Below are positions 44,668-59,249 of a DNA stretch of 64,000 nucleotides, piece by piece. This DNA comes from the human T2T-CHM13v2.0 reference genome, Homo sapiens. The stretch is taken from NCBI RefSeq assembly GCF_009914755.1, contig NC_060936.1, one strand, 5' to 3'. Within the stretch, counting starts at the first letter, position 1; each line of letters opens with the position of its first letter. Position numbers and translations under genes: made by a program. The notes below the pieces were generated by a model. It had not been told where the DNA came from and did no database searches. It saw only the letters and a list, made by a program, of their open reading frames with translations.

Positions 44668-46805
44668 TGTATTAGTCTGTTCTCATACTGCTATGGAGAA
44701 ATACCTGAGACTGGGTAATTTATAAAAAAAAGAGGTTTAATTGACTCACAGTTCCGCATAGCTGGGGAGGCCTCAGGAAACTCATAATTATTGAGGAAAG
44801 TACCTCTTCACAGGGCGGCAGGAAAGAGAATGAGTGCAAGCTGGGGAAATGCCAGACATTTATAAAAACAATCAGATCTTGTGATACTCACCCATTATCA
44901 TGAGAACAGCATGGGGGAAACCAGTCCCATGATTCAATTACCTTCACCTGATCCCACCCTTGACATATGGAGATTATGGGGATTGCAATTCAAGGTGAGA
45001 TTTGAGTGGGGACACAGAGCCAAACCATATCATTCTTCCTCTGGCCCCTCTCAAATCTGGTGTCCTCACATTTCAAAACACAATCATGCCCTTCCAACAG
45101 TCCCCCAAAGCCTTAACCCATTCCATCACTAATCCAAAAGTCCAAGTCCAAAGTCTCATCTAAGACAAGGCAAATCCCTTCTATCTATGAGGCTGTAAAA
45201 TCAAAAGCAAGTTAGTTACTTCCTAGATACAATGGGGGTACAGGCATTGGGTAAATACATGTATTCCAAATGGGAGAAATTGGCCAAAATAAAGGGGTTA
45301 CAGGCCCCATGCAAGTCTGAAATCTAATAGGGCAGTCATTAAACCTTAAAGTTCCAAAATGATCTCCTTTGACTCCATGTCTTACATCTAGATCATGCTG
45401 ATGCAAGCGGTGGGCTCCCATGGCCTTGGGAAGCTCTGCCCCTGTGGCTTTGCAGGGTACATCCCCACCCCTGGCTGCTTTCACAGGCTGGTGTTGAATA
45501 TCGGCAGCTTTTCTAGGCATACAGTGCAAGCTGTCAGTGGATCTACCATTCTGGGGTCGGGTAGATGGTGGCCCTCTTCTCACAGCTCTACTAGGCAGTG
45601 TCCCATCTGGGATTCTATGTGGAGGCTCCAACCCCACATTTCCCTTCCACAGTGCCCTAGCAAAGATTCTCCATGAAGGCTCTACCCCTGGAGCAAACTT
45701 CTGCCTGGACATCCAGACATTTCCATACATCCTCTGAAATTTAGATGGAGGTTTCCCAACCTCAATTCTTGACTTCTGTGTACCTGTAGGCCCAACACCA
45801 CATGTAAGCCACCAAGGCCTTGGGGTTTGCACCCTCTGAAGCAATGGCCTGAGCTATACCTTGGCCCCTTATAGCCATGGCTGGAGTTGAAGCAGCTGGG
45901 ACACAGGAGACCATGTCCCAAGGCTGCACAGAGCAGGGGGGCCCTGGGCCCAGCCCACAAAACCATTTTTCCCTCCTAGGCCCTAGGACCTATGATGGGA
46001 GGGGTTGCTATGAAGGTCTCTGACATGCCCTGGAGACGTTTTTCCCATTGTCATGGTGATTAACATTTGACTCCTCGTTACCTATGTACATTGCTGCAGC
46101 AGGATTGAATTTCTCCCCAGAAAATGAGTTTTTATTTTCAATCACATTGTCAGGCTGCAAATTTTCCAAACTTTAAGGCTCTGCTTTCTCTTGAACACTT
46201 TGCTGTTTAGAAATTTCTTCCACCAGATACTCTAAATCATCCCTTTCAGGTTTAAAGTTCCATAGATCTCTAGGGCAGGGGCAAAATGCCATCAGTCTCT
46301 TTGTTAAAACATAGCAAGAGTGACCTTTATTCAAGTTCCCAACAAGTTACTCATTTCCATCTGAGACCACCTCTGCCTGGACTTCATTGTCTATATCACT
46401 GTCAACATTTTGGTAAAAGCCATTCAACAAGTCCCTAGGAAGTTCCAAACTTTCCCACATCTTCCTGTCTTCTGAGCCCTCCAAGTCTCTAGGAAGTTCC
46501 TAACTTTGCCACATTTTTCTGTCTTCTTCTGAGCCCTCCAAACTATTCCAGCCTCTGCCTGTTACCCAGTTCCAAAGCTGCTTCCACATTTTGGGTGTCT
46601 TTATAGCTGTGCCCTACTACCTCGGTACCAATTTACTGTATTAGTTTGTTCTCATGCTGCTATGAAGAAATAACTGAGACTGGTAATTTATAAAGAAGAG
46701 AGGTTTAATTGACTCACAGTTCCACATGGCTGGGAAGGCCTCAGGAAACTTACAATCATGGTGGAATCATCTCTTCACAAGGTGGCAGTGAAGGCAACTC
46801 TTCAC
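44668..46805 (-). mobile_element. THE1 (THE1C-like) MaLR provirus: complete 3' LTR 44668-45032, internal region 45033-46636, truncated 5' LTR 46637-~46805
   Basis: LTR termini tgtattag...ccatatca. Junction 'ggtaccaatttac|tgtattag'. Confidence 0.93.
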
Positions 46806-46809
46806 TGAC

Positions 46810-47498
<689 letters not shown>

Positions 47499-47652
47499 AT
47501 CTAAGAACTGTTGATGTTTCAGTTGGTTCAGCTTTTCACTTTTTGTTAGGTCAAAGTGGTAACTTTCAAGCTTCATATGTGCTGGAAGATGCTGCTATGT
47601 TTTTAAAATAAAATTTTTTTCAAAACATAGATAATTTTATGGTAACATTCTT

Positions 47653-47814
47653 GAAAATAGGTAACTCTCTCTGATAGTTTTCAGTTGTAATTTTTCACAC
47701 CTCATAGTTAACTAGTTTAAAGGATTACAAAAAAAATTTAACAATATCATTAGTTAATCTGAATAATGGATGCAAAAGTAACTATTTTGACAACTGATGA
47801 TTTTGATAACTATG
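47653..47814. repeat. Unclassified dispersed element A, copy 2
   Basis: Colinear with 27356-27538. Core at 47703-47724. Confidence 0.85.
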
Positions 47815-50364
47815 TACCTCTGAAAAGCACTTTGGTCAGTGATCATAAGAAAGATAGTATGGAGAGTTTGGTGAAGTGGAAATGTTAAACTATTTTCTAG
47901 CAGTAGAGTTGTTGCTTTTTCATTAACTAGCACTTGTTCTTACATCAATTCTTTTTTATATCCTCAAAATCATAATACCTGAGTTCGGCAGTTTGTTCCA
48001 GGGAAAATAATTTAATCTGTTTTAGCCAAATAGAATGCCGTCAGTTACCCTTATTTCTCTGAATTTAACAGGCATGTGAAATTGAATCCCATGAGCTACA
48101 CACACTACTTTCTGATATTTATTATCTTGCTGAAGGTGAGCAGAACAACAGCTTTGCTCTTGTCCTATGATTTTAGAGATAATATCTGGTTGGCAACTGG
48201 CTTGGGCACTAGTGCTTTTGGAGGTGGTGTGTTCATCTAGTTGGAACCAGGGGCAGAGATAGCATCATTCCCACTGCGCCTGATTTAACTTGGCTTTGGA
48301 TGATATCACAATTGGGGTTGGAACTTTCCACAGTAGATTATACAAATTTAACCATTATTTCAAGATTTTATCTTTTTGTTTGAACAACTCAGCTCCGGAG
48401 ATAACATTTTATAGACTTATGCTCCTTCTAAACTAATGTTACTGTCGTTTGTATCTATTCTGATGTCTTTCCCATAGACAATGGATTTTTCTGAGTCATC
48501 CTTGGTCTATTTTTTTCCTGATCCTCACTGGGTTATTTGTGAGAGAGCTGGGGCCACTAGTAAAATCTCTGATTCTTGGTTACTGATTTTATCTGTGCAA
48601 AGCAAACCAGAACAGATGGATGAAGCCATTGACAGAACCTCTTACTACTATGCTGCGAAGCAGAGGCTCAGACTGTATTAGAATGATTAATGTACAGGTG
48701 GGGGTTTTTGTTTTGATCCTGATTACATCTTCAGCATTTTTGGATAGGATAAAATCTGTAAAGTAATGTTTATGGAAGTAAATAGCTGATTGATAAGACA
48801 GTCTTGGTTAGCCCTTTCAATCAGATGTCTGTACATCAAGTAATAGAGCTAGGCTAGGCTATCACCCTTGAGTTCCAGATGAAAGGAAGCCATTTTTTAT
48901 TCCTGAGATTGTGTTCATTCCATACTTCTTATTTGACAACAGAATATAACACCCCTGGATCAGTAGAGCCAGAGCAATTTGGAAGGTCAACATTCAACAT
49001 ACTTAGAGCTAGAAGGGCCAATTTAGACAATTTAAGCAAAAAGATTATTTTCTTTGAGTATAGACTGTCTGTCCAAGAAGACTCAAATTCTGTTCATGGC
49101 TATGCTCTAGTGTTTTGGCTGGCGGGTTTAGAGGTTCTGGTGTTTTCCCACCTCTCCAAAGTAAAATATTGACACAAATGAATTCAATGAGTTGATGAGG
49201 GAAGAAGAATTAGTTGGATGAGATTGAGCAGATTCTGAGATTTTGTAAACATCTTGGTGCTTTGGGAGGACTTGGGCATGATTTGATGTCTTCTGATGGG
49301 AAGGTGAAGCATTCTGGGCAGCTGGTGGAACTCTACACTTCAGATTTGCTCTCTTGTTTTCTCCTCTAGAGCTGAGGGCTGTGCCCTGCCACCGGGCCAC
49401 AAAGTGTCACAGGTATGCCCAATGCCCAGCCAGCACTACATTCTGGTTCTCACAAGGGATCCTCTTCTCAGTGATGTCCTTCAAAGCTAGCTGGGGCTTA
49501 GGTGTGCACCCCTTCCCCCAGGACCCAGAAAACATGTCAGGTTGTCCTGGCTCCCCAACCAGCCCAATCCAACCCTAAATAAAAACCTGAGCTTAAAAGA
49601 GGGGCAGATTTCTGTATACCAGTGGATTATGCAGTTGAGAAGGAAATTAAGAAACCTGAGTTCTCTCCCCAAATATGCTCTGGATTTGGGCTCTCAGCTT
49701 TCAGAGTGCTGATTTATTGTGTTACATTGCACAGCTTATTATAAAGCTAACTCTTATTCTTACTATAACCCTCCTGCTTAATTAATTCAAGAACATTTAG
49801 TTCCAGGTACTAAGATTAGGGAAGGCGGTCTGAACCTCCTTGGCCTGAGCTTCCTATTTCCACGTGAAAAGACCTCCACTAGTTTCACCCTCCAGGCACT
49901 CCCACCTAATAATACTGAGATAAGAGGCTGGTCAGCCAGGTGTGTCTCAGCCCCTTCCTCTTTCCACAGATTATTGCCTGCTCCTCCAAGCCCTTCACTG
50001 TAGAATGGAAGCCTGTGATTTTCCTGGCATCATGCATGACTGAGAAGGTCAGTGTGGCTAATTCTGAGCTTCAACATCAGGAAACCCGTAGTTCTTCACA
50101 CTGAGCCGCCTCCTGCAGCACAGTCATCCTTGGTAATAAAGCTGATATTTTAATCAATATCTGTCTTACTCTTTCATCTTGTCCCTCATTTGGTTTAGAA
50201 TTCAGGTGGGGAAAACAATTGTTTACTTTATCGGACTCCTAACCATGTGCTTGGCAGACACAGGTGAATAAATACAGTCTCTATTCTCAGGAAATTCATA
50301 GAGCAATGGTGGGAGGTGGGTAGATGGAAATGGAAGCAAAAAAAACAATGTGAATTACTGTAAC

Positions 50365-50625
50365 TAGGGAAGTGGTGTAGTGGAGTTCAAGAGCTTCAGT
50401 TCTGGTCTCATTCAATCTTAGATGCATTCCCAAATGTGCCACTTAATAGATGAGTGACCCTGGGGAAGTAATTTTACCTCAGTGCCTCAGTTTTCTCATC
50501 TATAAAATGGGAATTATAATACCCACCTCACAGATTGTAAAGATTCAATGAGATAATACATCTAAATTGTTCAGCACAGTGCCAAGCATGAAGAAAAATC
50601 ACCCTTTTGACCATTGTTATTATTA
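50365..50625 (+). mobile_element. MIR
   Basis: 'gtgaccctggggaagtaatttacctcagtgcctcagttttctcatctataaaatggg'. Confidence 0.88.
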
Positions 50626-50939
50626 GAAGTGTGACATATATGCTGTGTAATCACAGGAGGGCACCTGTCTCTTCACGTGAGTGCTATTATCCAAAGAGAG
50701 GTAGAAAAGAATTCTGTCTATATCATAGAGCAATGATAAGCAAAGCAACCCCAGACTGTAGCTAATATATATTTTGGGGCATCACTCTGTAGGTTCTAGT
50801 TTGCTTTTCAGTCTGTCAGTTGGGTGGTAGCTACTCTCCAGCCTGGCATCAGGCACCCAGCAGAGAGGGACCGGCAATCACCAGGCTAGTGCAGCACGAA
50901 TGTATATTGGTTTATGAAAGCAGCTACCTCCCACATGCA

Positions 50940-51042
50940 AGAGAAGAGTAAAAGAGAAGAATAGAAGAGGAAAGAGAAGAAAAAAAGGAGGAGGCGAGGA
51001 AAAGGAGGAAAGGGGAGGGGAGGGGAGGAAAGGGAAGAAAAA
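50940..51042. repeat. GA-rich polypurine tract
   Basis: Direct reading. Confidence 0.85.
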
Positions 51043-51472
51043 TGTATAATTCAGTTCCTTCCAATAAATATGGCTGTGCAATAGTTTACATTAATATTAC
51101 CAAAGTGACCAAATTAATGTATGAACTCACAGAATAATAATTCAAAATTGATACAAGGAAGTCACATGTAAATTAGGATGGACAGAAGACACATGGAAAG
51201 AGGGATGTGCATAAAAGATGCAGGGGAAAGCCTTCATGAAAAAATATGGAAAGGAAATAGAGAACTGTACTACTATCCTCCTCTATCTGTCAATTTCTAC
51301 TAAGAAGTTTTATACCCTTAAAAAATCATAAAGTTCACATATACACTTTCTCATCTACACTGTCTCTACAAGATACTCAGTCTTTATGAGATGACTTTTT
51401 TCATATCCAGTTCTTGCTCTTGTTTTAATGTTCTGGTACTTCAATCACTTTGCAGCAGGAAGAAGGAGACCC

Positions 51473-51796
<324 letters not shown>

Positions 51797-51959
51797 AAGA
51801 CCCTCCTTTTCAATACCATCATCCAACCGTCTACTTATGACCACACCCCGCCCACCTCCATCCACCTGGCTACTTATTCCAGCTGCAGCAGCCTCCCTCT
51901 CGCTCTTTAGCATTTGAGGTTCCTCTGGCTGGGATGTCCATCCCCCTGACTTCCACACT

Positions 51960-52695
51960 GCTTGCACCTTCACTTTCCTTAGATCCTACCAATACTACCT
52001 TATTGGGAAAACTTTCTCTGGCCACTTTTTTTCAATGAGAACTCTATCTCCCCAAAATACTCCTTCCCTTTTCTCCTGCTTTATTATTCTCCAAAGCCAT
52101 AATCTCCATCTAACATGGTATATACCTTTACACGTTTGCTGGCTTATTGTTGTCTTTCCTTCTGTCTTAGGTTGGATTTCCTAGAAACAGAACCTGAGAG
52201 AAGAATTCAGGTGCATATTGAGGGAATGCTCTTCAGGAAAACCTGTAAAGGGAGGGAATGATGCAGGATAGTGTGAGTGAAGCAGCCGGGCAAGGGTGTG
52301 CTTCCAGGGAGGTCTAGCCATGAGAAAGAATTTTTCCGGTGCACTAATTGCATCTGGAAGCAAGAGGCCCACTCTTTGTACCCTCCTTTCAGTCGTTGGC
52401 TGTGTGCTGAGTTCGGGGCATTGCGACTTCCTGGCTGAGGCAATGCCCTTGCACTGAGGTCAATTCTCTTTCGAATGGGACAGATGGGAGCCAACATGCA
52501 TAGAAACTGGGAGCAGAAGTGTTGGCCATGTAAAAGGGACCCAAGACAGGCAACTAAATGACATCTAACACTTCCATTACAGTATAATCTCCATGGTATT
52601 TCAGACTCTCTGGTTTGCTTTGTGCTGTATTTCTAGCACACAGAACACAGCCTGGCACATAGTAAGTCTTCAATAAATATTTATTGAATGACTTA
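51960..52695 (+). mobile_element. L2 3' region interrupted by an LTR
   Basis: 3' end 'gcctggcacatagtaagtcttcaataaatatttattgaatga'. Confidence 0.7.
52163..52575 (-). mobile_element. LTR16-like ERVL solo LTR
   Basis: 'tgtcttaggttggatttcctagaaacagaacctgaga' is the reverse complement of an LTR16-type 3' end. Confidence 0.65.
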
Positions 52696-53636
52696 ATAAT
52701 CTTAGTGAACTAGTGTAATGTGTATGCCAGGGGACAAAATGGTGAATGAGACAGACATGGTCCCTGCCCTCGTGGAGGTATGGTTTAATGGGAATGCAGA
52801 CATTGGCAATTTAAACACAGTTTGAGCAGTTCTATCATGAGAAAAGCAGGGTGGGCTAAGAACACACAGTAGGGACACTTAAACCCCAGAATTTGGAAAG
52901 GGAAAGTACTACAAACTTTGTGGTATGGTGAAGGTCTGTGTTTTTCATTGTAATTATTCACAGAAAGCAGAGGGCACATTGATAAAGTTGGGAAAATATT
53001 TGCAAGACTGCAGAATTACTATGAAGATTCTAATTCAGTTTTGTTTCAGCCATGATTTCTGTCACAGATAGAAAGATCAAAGGTTGAACAACCTGAACCA
53101 GGACTTCTTACATTTGCCCCGTGGTCTGTCTGTTGTCCCATCTTCACAATGAGAGGGTTGAACTTGAATTTCCTTCCTCGGGTCTCTGGAGGGGTCTGGG
53201 TATTGGGCTCTGCCCATTCTGTGGTAGGAAATGAGGGAGTGCCAGCCAGTCAACTATTAGTGCCAGCCAGTCAGTATTTCCTGGGATTGAGAGATTCCCT
53301 TGGACATTTGAGAATTGGCATAGTTTTCCTTTAAAAGTATCAGTGTGGTATTTATTAGGTGGCTTAGTAATTAGGTCCATTTAAAAAAAGAGAACTCAGT
53401 TCCCCTGAGGATTTGATGATGCCTTGGCCTCAGTTGGTGCTTGGTAACCCCGGTAATCAATCAATTTACTTGTATGGTCTGGTCTGTCTAGGGGATTCTA
53501 TACTGCACGGATGCAAACTGCCTTCCCCAATTTTTCCCAATTTGGTTTATACAGCTATGTGTAGCATCCCACATATTTGGGGGAATGTGTGTGTGTCTGT
53601 GTGTGTGTGTGCATGCATGCACGCAAGAGCTTGTGA

Positions 53637-53986
<350 letters not shown>

Positions 53987-54699
53987 TACAGCATGACTTT
54001 TAATGTTTGATAGTCATGTGCCTTTAGACATTTTCATAATTCATCCTGGAGAATGGTAAAAAATAAGTTTTGTTGAAATATAAAAAGGCCATTGAAATGT
54101 CACAGAGTGGTTTACCTAACAGTAAATTATATAAGGCCTGAAGGTAGGGGTGGGAGAGGGGATATTAGTCAGGAATTTCTAGTAATTTGAAGCCATGCAA
54201 AAACAACAATGTTCTCAGGCATTATTGTGTTTGTTGCTAACTTTTGGCCGAGCGATTTTGAGAGTTTTTAGCTCTTCCCAGTCTGGGCAGTCACATTGGG
54301 CTTGTCACTTCTGCCTCTCACTTGTGCTGTGTTCATGCCCTGGATGGGTGCTCTTGATTGGCTGCTGCCTTACCCACCCCTTGGCACAGCTGCCTTGAGG
54401 TCTGCCATGTTCATTGGGGCCCACTCTGCTAATTTATTTTGCCAGCTTTGTGCTTAAATTTCTTCTAGATTCAGAGCTTTGATTGAAGGAATATAATATG
54501 TCACAAAAATAGCTGGTTTCATTTACCAAATACTAATTTTTTGCAAGATGATAGTTCTTTAGAAGGAGATATTTCCTGAATGCTAGTTAGTTATAAAATT
54601 TGTTTTACATAAGTTTGTTGAATGTTGTAATATTTGTGAAAATAGAGGTGGGTGCATAATGTCATGGTTTGTTAATTGAATGCTGACCTAAATAACGAT

Positions 54700-54860
54700 A
54701 CGATGGTGTAATGGGAGGAGTCCTGGACTAGCAGGCAGGAAAGGTTAGCTCTTGGTACTGCTTGGTTGTGACCTTTGGCAATTCCCTTGACCTCTCTTGG
54801 CCTCAGTTTCTCTACAGAACTAGATAATGCATAAGGCTCCTTCTAACTCTATAAGCAAAG
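54700..54860 (+). mobile_element. MIR/MIR3
   Basis: 'gtgacctttggcaattcccttgacctctcttggcctcagtttc'. Confidence 0.7.
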
Positions 54861-56918
54861 TTCTAAGTCTATGTAGCTGGAAAGCTTGCAAAATCAGCAA
54901 GGGTGTGTGTTTTTATTCACATATCTTAAACTCATCTCCTAGAACTTTGGGTCAAAATTGACCTTGTGAAAAATAAAACCAAACAGTTGAAGGCTCTAGC
55001 TTATCTGACACCCTAACTTAATTTTGATCAAATGTTGTTTTTATATGAAATAGATTACTAAGATAATAATATGCTTGGGTAAAAGGTATTGGCTCTAGAC
55101 AAAGGAATTGTTTTTTTTAGCTCTGCCAGTTCTTATAAGGGAAAGCTGATATTTTCATCAGGAATGGGGTACAGTCTCCCTTGGGAGAGCTCAATGCCAT
55201 GTAAGCCAACACATATATTGCCCCAGGACTTAAACAATTCTATGCTGGAGATAATCAGAAATATGCACATATTTCTTTTTTCTTAAGCAATACCCAACAA
55301 ATTCAGAAAGTTGTCATATTTGAATTGTTTTCCTTTTCAGAGGAGGGATGTGCAATACTGAATAAGGAGAGAAATACTTTTCTAGGAAGTATTTTTCGTT
55401 TTTTGTTTTTTTTTTTTCAGAAAAAAACCACTTTTGAGGCACAATTGTCATAAAATGTCACTTGTAGCATGAAGCAAATATAGAAACTCTGTCCCTTTGC
55501 AGATAGGACTGCCTGTTAAGTGATGGCCGGTCAGACTTACTTGATGACTCAGTACAGTGAGAGACAAGCATTAGAGCTGTTAGTTGTTACTAACACTAAG
55601 CAGAATAACAGAAAACAGGCAAAATAGGGTCAAGTAGAATTGTCAATTTTTGCCTTTCAGAGTCATTAAAGGGAAGAACTGGGGCTGAGTCGTTAGAATA
55701 GGTTAGTTGTTTGAGTTATTCCATCAATCCGAAATTAGAATTACCTTCATACCTTCCTTGCCTTTCCAAACTTCTGGGCCATGTCACTGAGAGTGGCCAG
55801 GACTCAGCTGATCTGCAGCAGGGAAACCACCCCCAATCTGTGGCTACTCCTATACTTAGGCTTAAACTGGACATAAGGCCATTTCATACAATTTCAGATG
55901 TTTGTGTTTTGTCTTTGCAACATGATATATATGGTTAAAATAATATAATTAGTTTTTAATATTGTAGCTTATTGAAAGATAAAAAGTGAGCCTTGCTGCT
56001 TTTTTAGCTATTCTTTTGGACACAGCTACTACAAGAAGAGAAAATATTGGCAAGCCAGGGGTTAAGGTACTACAAGGAGGGAGCAATTTTCTCTCACCTC
56101 ACGAGGAGGAAAAGACCCAATAATGGATTTTACTTCCCTCCTCGATGTATTAGATTTTACGGGAAATTTAACATGGTATGTCTTTTGTATCAAATCACAG
56201 AGTGAGGGCTTTTCACTTTGAGGAAATCCTATACACTAAAAAAGGAATTTAGCAGTTAGTAGGGTAAAATTCACACAAGCAAAAGTTTTATTACTTTACA
56301 AAAGGCTCTTTTAGTGAGCCAATCCCAGTGCTTTAAAAAGAACATGTTAAGTGAGGAGCATAAGCCTGTTTCCTGAGTAATGACTTCAGTTAAATTGACA
56401 CACACATAGCCAAATGTTCTTTGTGCCTGGCAGGACCCAGGAGAAATCACCTAATTTATAACTATAATGCCCATATACACTGGCATCAAAATTTCCACCC
56501 CACTTGGATGCAAAATTGTACTTTAGTGCTCAAAAAAAAATTTTTTTCTTAACTGCCTCTATGCCTTTGTATAAGAGACTCTTGTAGCTAACACCTTTTT
56601 ATTTATGAGAAAAACATTTGCAAGTCTTTTATTTTTTGTTTAATTTAGTTTTTACCAGAAAATAAGGGGCCGTGTACAGCATATTCATGGAGACTAAATT
56701 AACTAATAGGGTTTAACTGTCGGTTGAGTGTTCTGAGAAAATGTCTGGGAAATGAACTTATAAACAGAAGGCCAGTGTTCAGGGTCCCTAGAGAAATAAT
56801 GATGGGTCCTGCTCACTGAACATTTTGTGCCTCAGAGCGGCCAAAAGTGGGAGAAGAGGGAAAGAAAGCGACTAAGTGTGTGGAGAAGTTGGAGTGGTGT
56901 TTTTACCAACGGTGTGCT

Positions 56919-56964
56919 CAGGATTTTTTTAAACAACGATATGTGCAAGTCGTTATTTAGAACA
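56919..56964 (+). other. Stem-loop element B, copy 1
   Basis: 14-bp stem 56927-56940/56949-56962 with loop atgtgcaa. 43/46 identical to 58624-58669. Confidence 0.8.
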
Positions 56965-58623
56965 ATGTACGAAAGCGTATAATAAACATATGTGGATGAT
57001 TGGGGTTGGCTATTAAGGGAAATACAGAACTGATTTTCCAAATGCCTTGCAGACTGCCGGACTCTGGAATGCTGGTTTTAAGCTGCTCACAAGAGCTACT
57101 ACCTAATTGGAGCTCTGTGTATCTCTGAGCTTACAACCCTGGGGGACTTTTAAAAAAACTGTTGTCGTTAGAACCTTCTATTTTGAACAAATGGGCTAGT
57201 AAGAACAAAAGTAGAAGTGTCTCTTGTACAAAAAAGAGAAGACTTAGCTTAGAAAACCTAAACACACTTAAAAAAAATACCAGGAGGCTTTGATTTTTAT
57301 GTTTTACTTTTGTGTTATGCATATATATCATCTCCCACCTAAAGTGATCAGGAAGGAGTCTGAAGAATGAAGATAATTTTTAAATAACAAATATTCCAAT
57401 ATTTGTTTATTCTGTGCCCAGGAGGCAGAGAGAACAACAAATGTGGTCCCTGTATTTTGTCTTCTCCATACTCTTTGCTCTGTGACTTCCTTTCTACTTC
57501 CTTATTTAGTCTGAATTTTAATATGTAGTATTCAAGTGGGCTCATAATGCTCATTTCCTTTCAATGAGATTTTCCAGTAAATATACTGACTCCACTGTTC
57601 ACAGGAAATTACCCGGTTGGTGAGCACGTGTATAATTTTACCTCGATATATAACCCGGGGTATCTGCCTGTCTCCATGGCAGGATCCACCTCCTCTGCTG
57701 ACAGGCTCTGTCTCTCTGTTTCTGCATTCATATTAAACACACAGAAGCAACATTTTACCTTTTAGAAGACATTAATTGAACAATTGATATGTAATTTTCC
57801 TTCTTGCAAAAATAGATTATAACTATTGTTTAGAATAGAAAACTAGCAGAAAAATTTTTGGAATTATAATAACATAGACACATTTTTAAATAGAGAAGAC
57901 AAAACAGTCACAGAGAGAAGATAAGAGTAATTCCACAGAGTTTGCCTGGGAGGGGAATGGGTCTTGGAAGGAAGTCTTTAGAAGAAATATTGGTGCCAAA
58001 GAGACTGCTTAAAGAAAGGGCTCACCAAGGCTTAGAAATGAGAGAGAGCGAGCAAGAGAGAGAATACTCCACCCATCTGCAAGGAGGCAGATACTAACTT
58101 GCCCTGAGAATCAAGACAGCCTTGTTTGTACAGAATAAGCACAAATACTTCTCATGTAAAGATATTTTCTAAGATGAATGTTTTAAAGGTAAAATGTTAA
58201 GATTGTATATGTCTCAACAGTTTCTAAACACAATTAAGCATGAAGTGATCACAAACTCATCAATTTATGCCCCTCTGTCATAATCATTATGAGCATCCCC
58301 TTTCACTCTAAAAAATGGCTCCGACTGCATAATAAATTATATGGTTGTGCTGATCAGGAGGAGCATTTGGAAACAGGACCTTTATTGAGTTGTTACGTCA
58401 TAGAATTCTATCTTTGCCGTTAAAGATTTTGTAATCTCAAGCAGAAAACTCTGAAATAATATTCAGTGTAGAGGGAGGGTGAATGTTTCTGTCTTGTGTT
58501 AAAGAAATATGCAAGGGGTGGCCTCAAGTTCTCATTTCTGACTTCCTTTTCTGGTAATGCCGGCCGGAGCATCTCCAAGAAGTTTAATCTTCCTTTGTAC
58601 AGGGTTAAGAAAGGAACAAAGGA

Positions 58624-58669
58624 CAGGATTTTTCTAAACAATGATATGTGCAAGTCATTATTTAGAACA
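58624..58669 (+). other. Stem-loop element B, copy 2
   Basis: caggatttttctaaacaatgatatgtgcaagtcattatttagaaca, with the same fold as copy 1. Confidence 0.8.
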
Positions 58670-59249
58670 TGACATATGTACAAACATATCTTTCACATGA
58701 GCAAGGCAAATACAACTCACTTGGATTTTCCTGCTAAACGTATACAATGGGCTGCCAAAAGTTTCAGTCTCAGGAAATTAGAAAAAACACCAAGGGAGGT
58801 CTCTGACCACTTGATTAAGTCTAGAACCTGCCACTAATAGAAAATTCAGTGGAGAGATTCTTATCTTTCTGTGGCTGTTGCAACAATGAGGAGACATATA
58901 TGTAAATACTAATGTTGCTACCTAACCACAGCATTGAAACAGAATTCTTTCCTTATAGCCTTGGACTGCTTAGTCATCCTGAGAGAGTACCCCTCTCTCA
59001 AATGCTCCCTCTACAACAGTGAGACTGTGATGAGAACAATTGCAGTTCAACAATCTGTTGAAGGAGGGAGAAGCCAGGAGCTCCAATACTGACTGGTGTA
59101 TGGATCTCCTTCAGTCTGATTCTTTCTTAGTTTCTTGCTAGTTCAGTGTCCCCTAGTGGTAACTGGCCTCATTAATGAACAAGCTGGTCACAGGAAATAG
59201 ACTGGGAGACCTGTATAATCATGGTCTCTTTCATTTGTGTTTTATAATG

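Noticed and set aside
45212-45844. 210-aa ORF
   Set aside because: Lies wholly in the THE1 internal region, so it is a MaLR remnant rather than a host gene.
47794-47830. CTGATGA followed by GAAA, resembling a hammerhead ribozyme core
   Set aside because: No stem II can form between the motifs and there is no convincing stem III.
56919-56964. Element B as a pre-miRNA or U1A site
   Set aside because: The stem is only 14 bp and does not extend. The minus-strand loop CUUGCAC differs from the U1A motif AUUGCAC.
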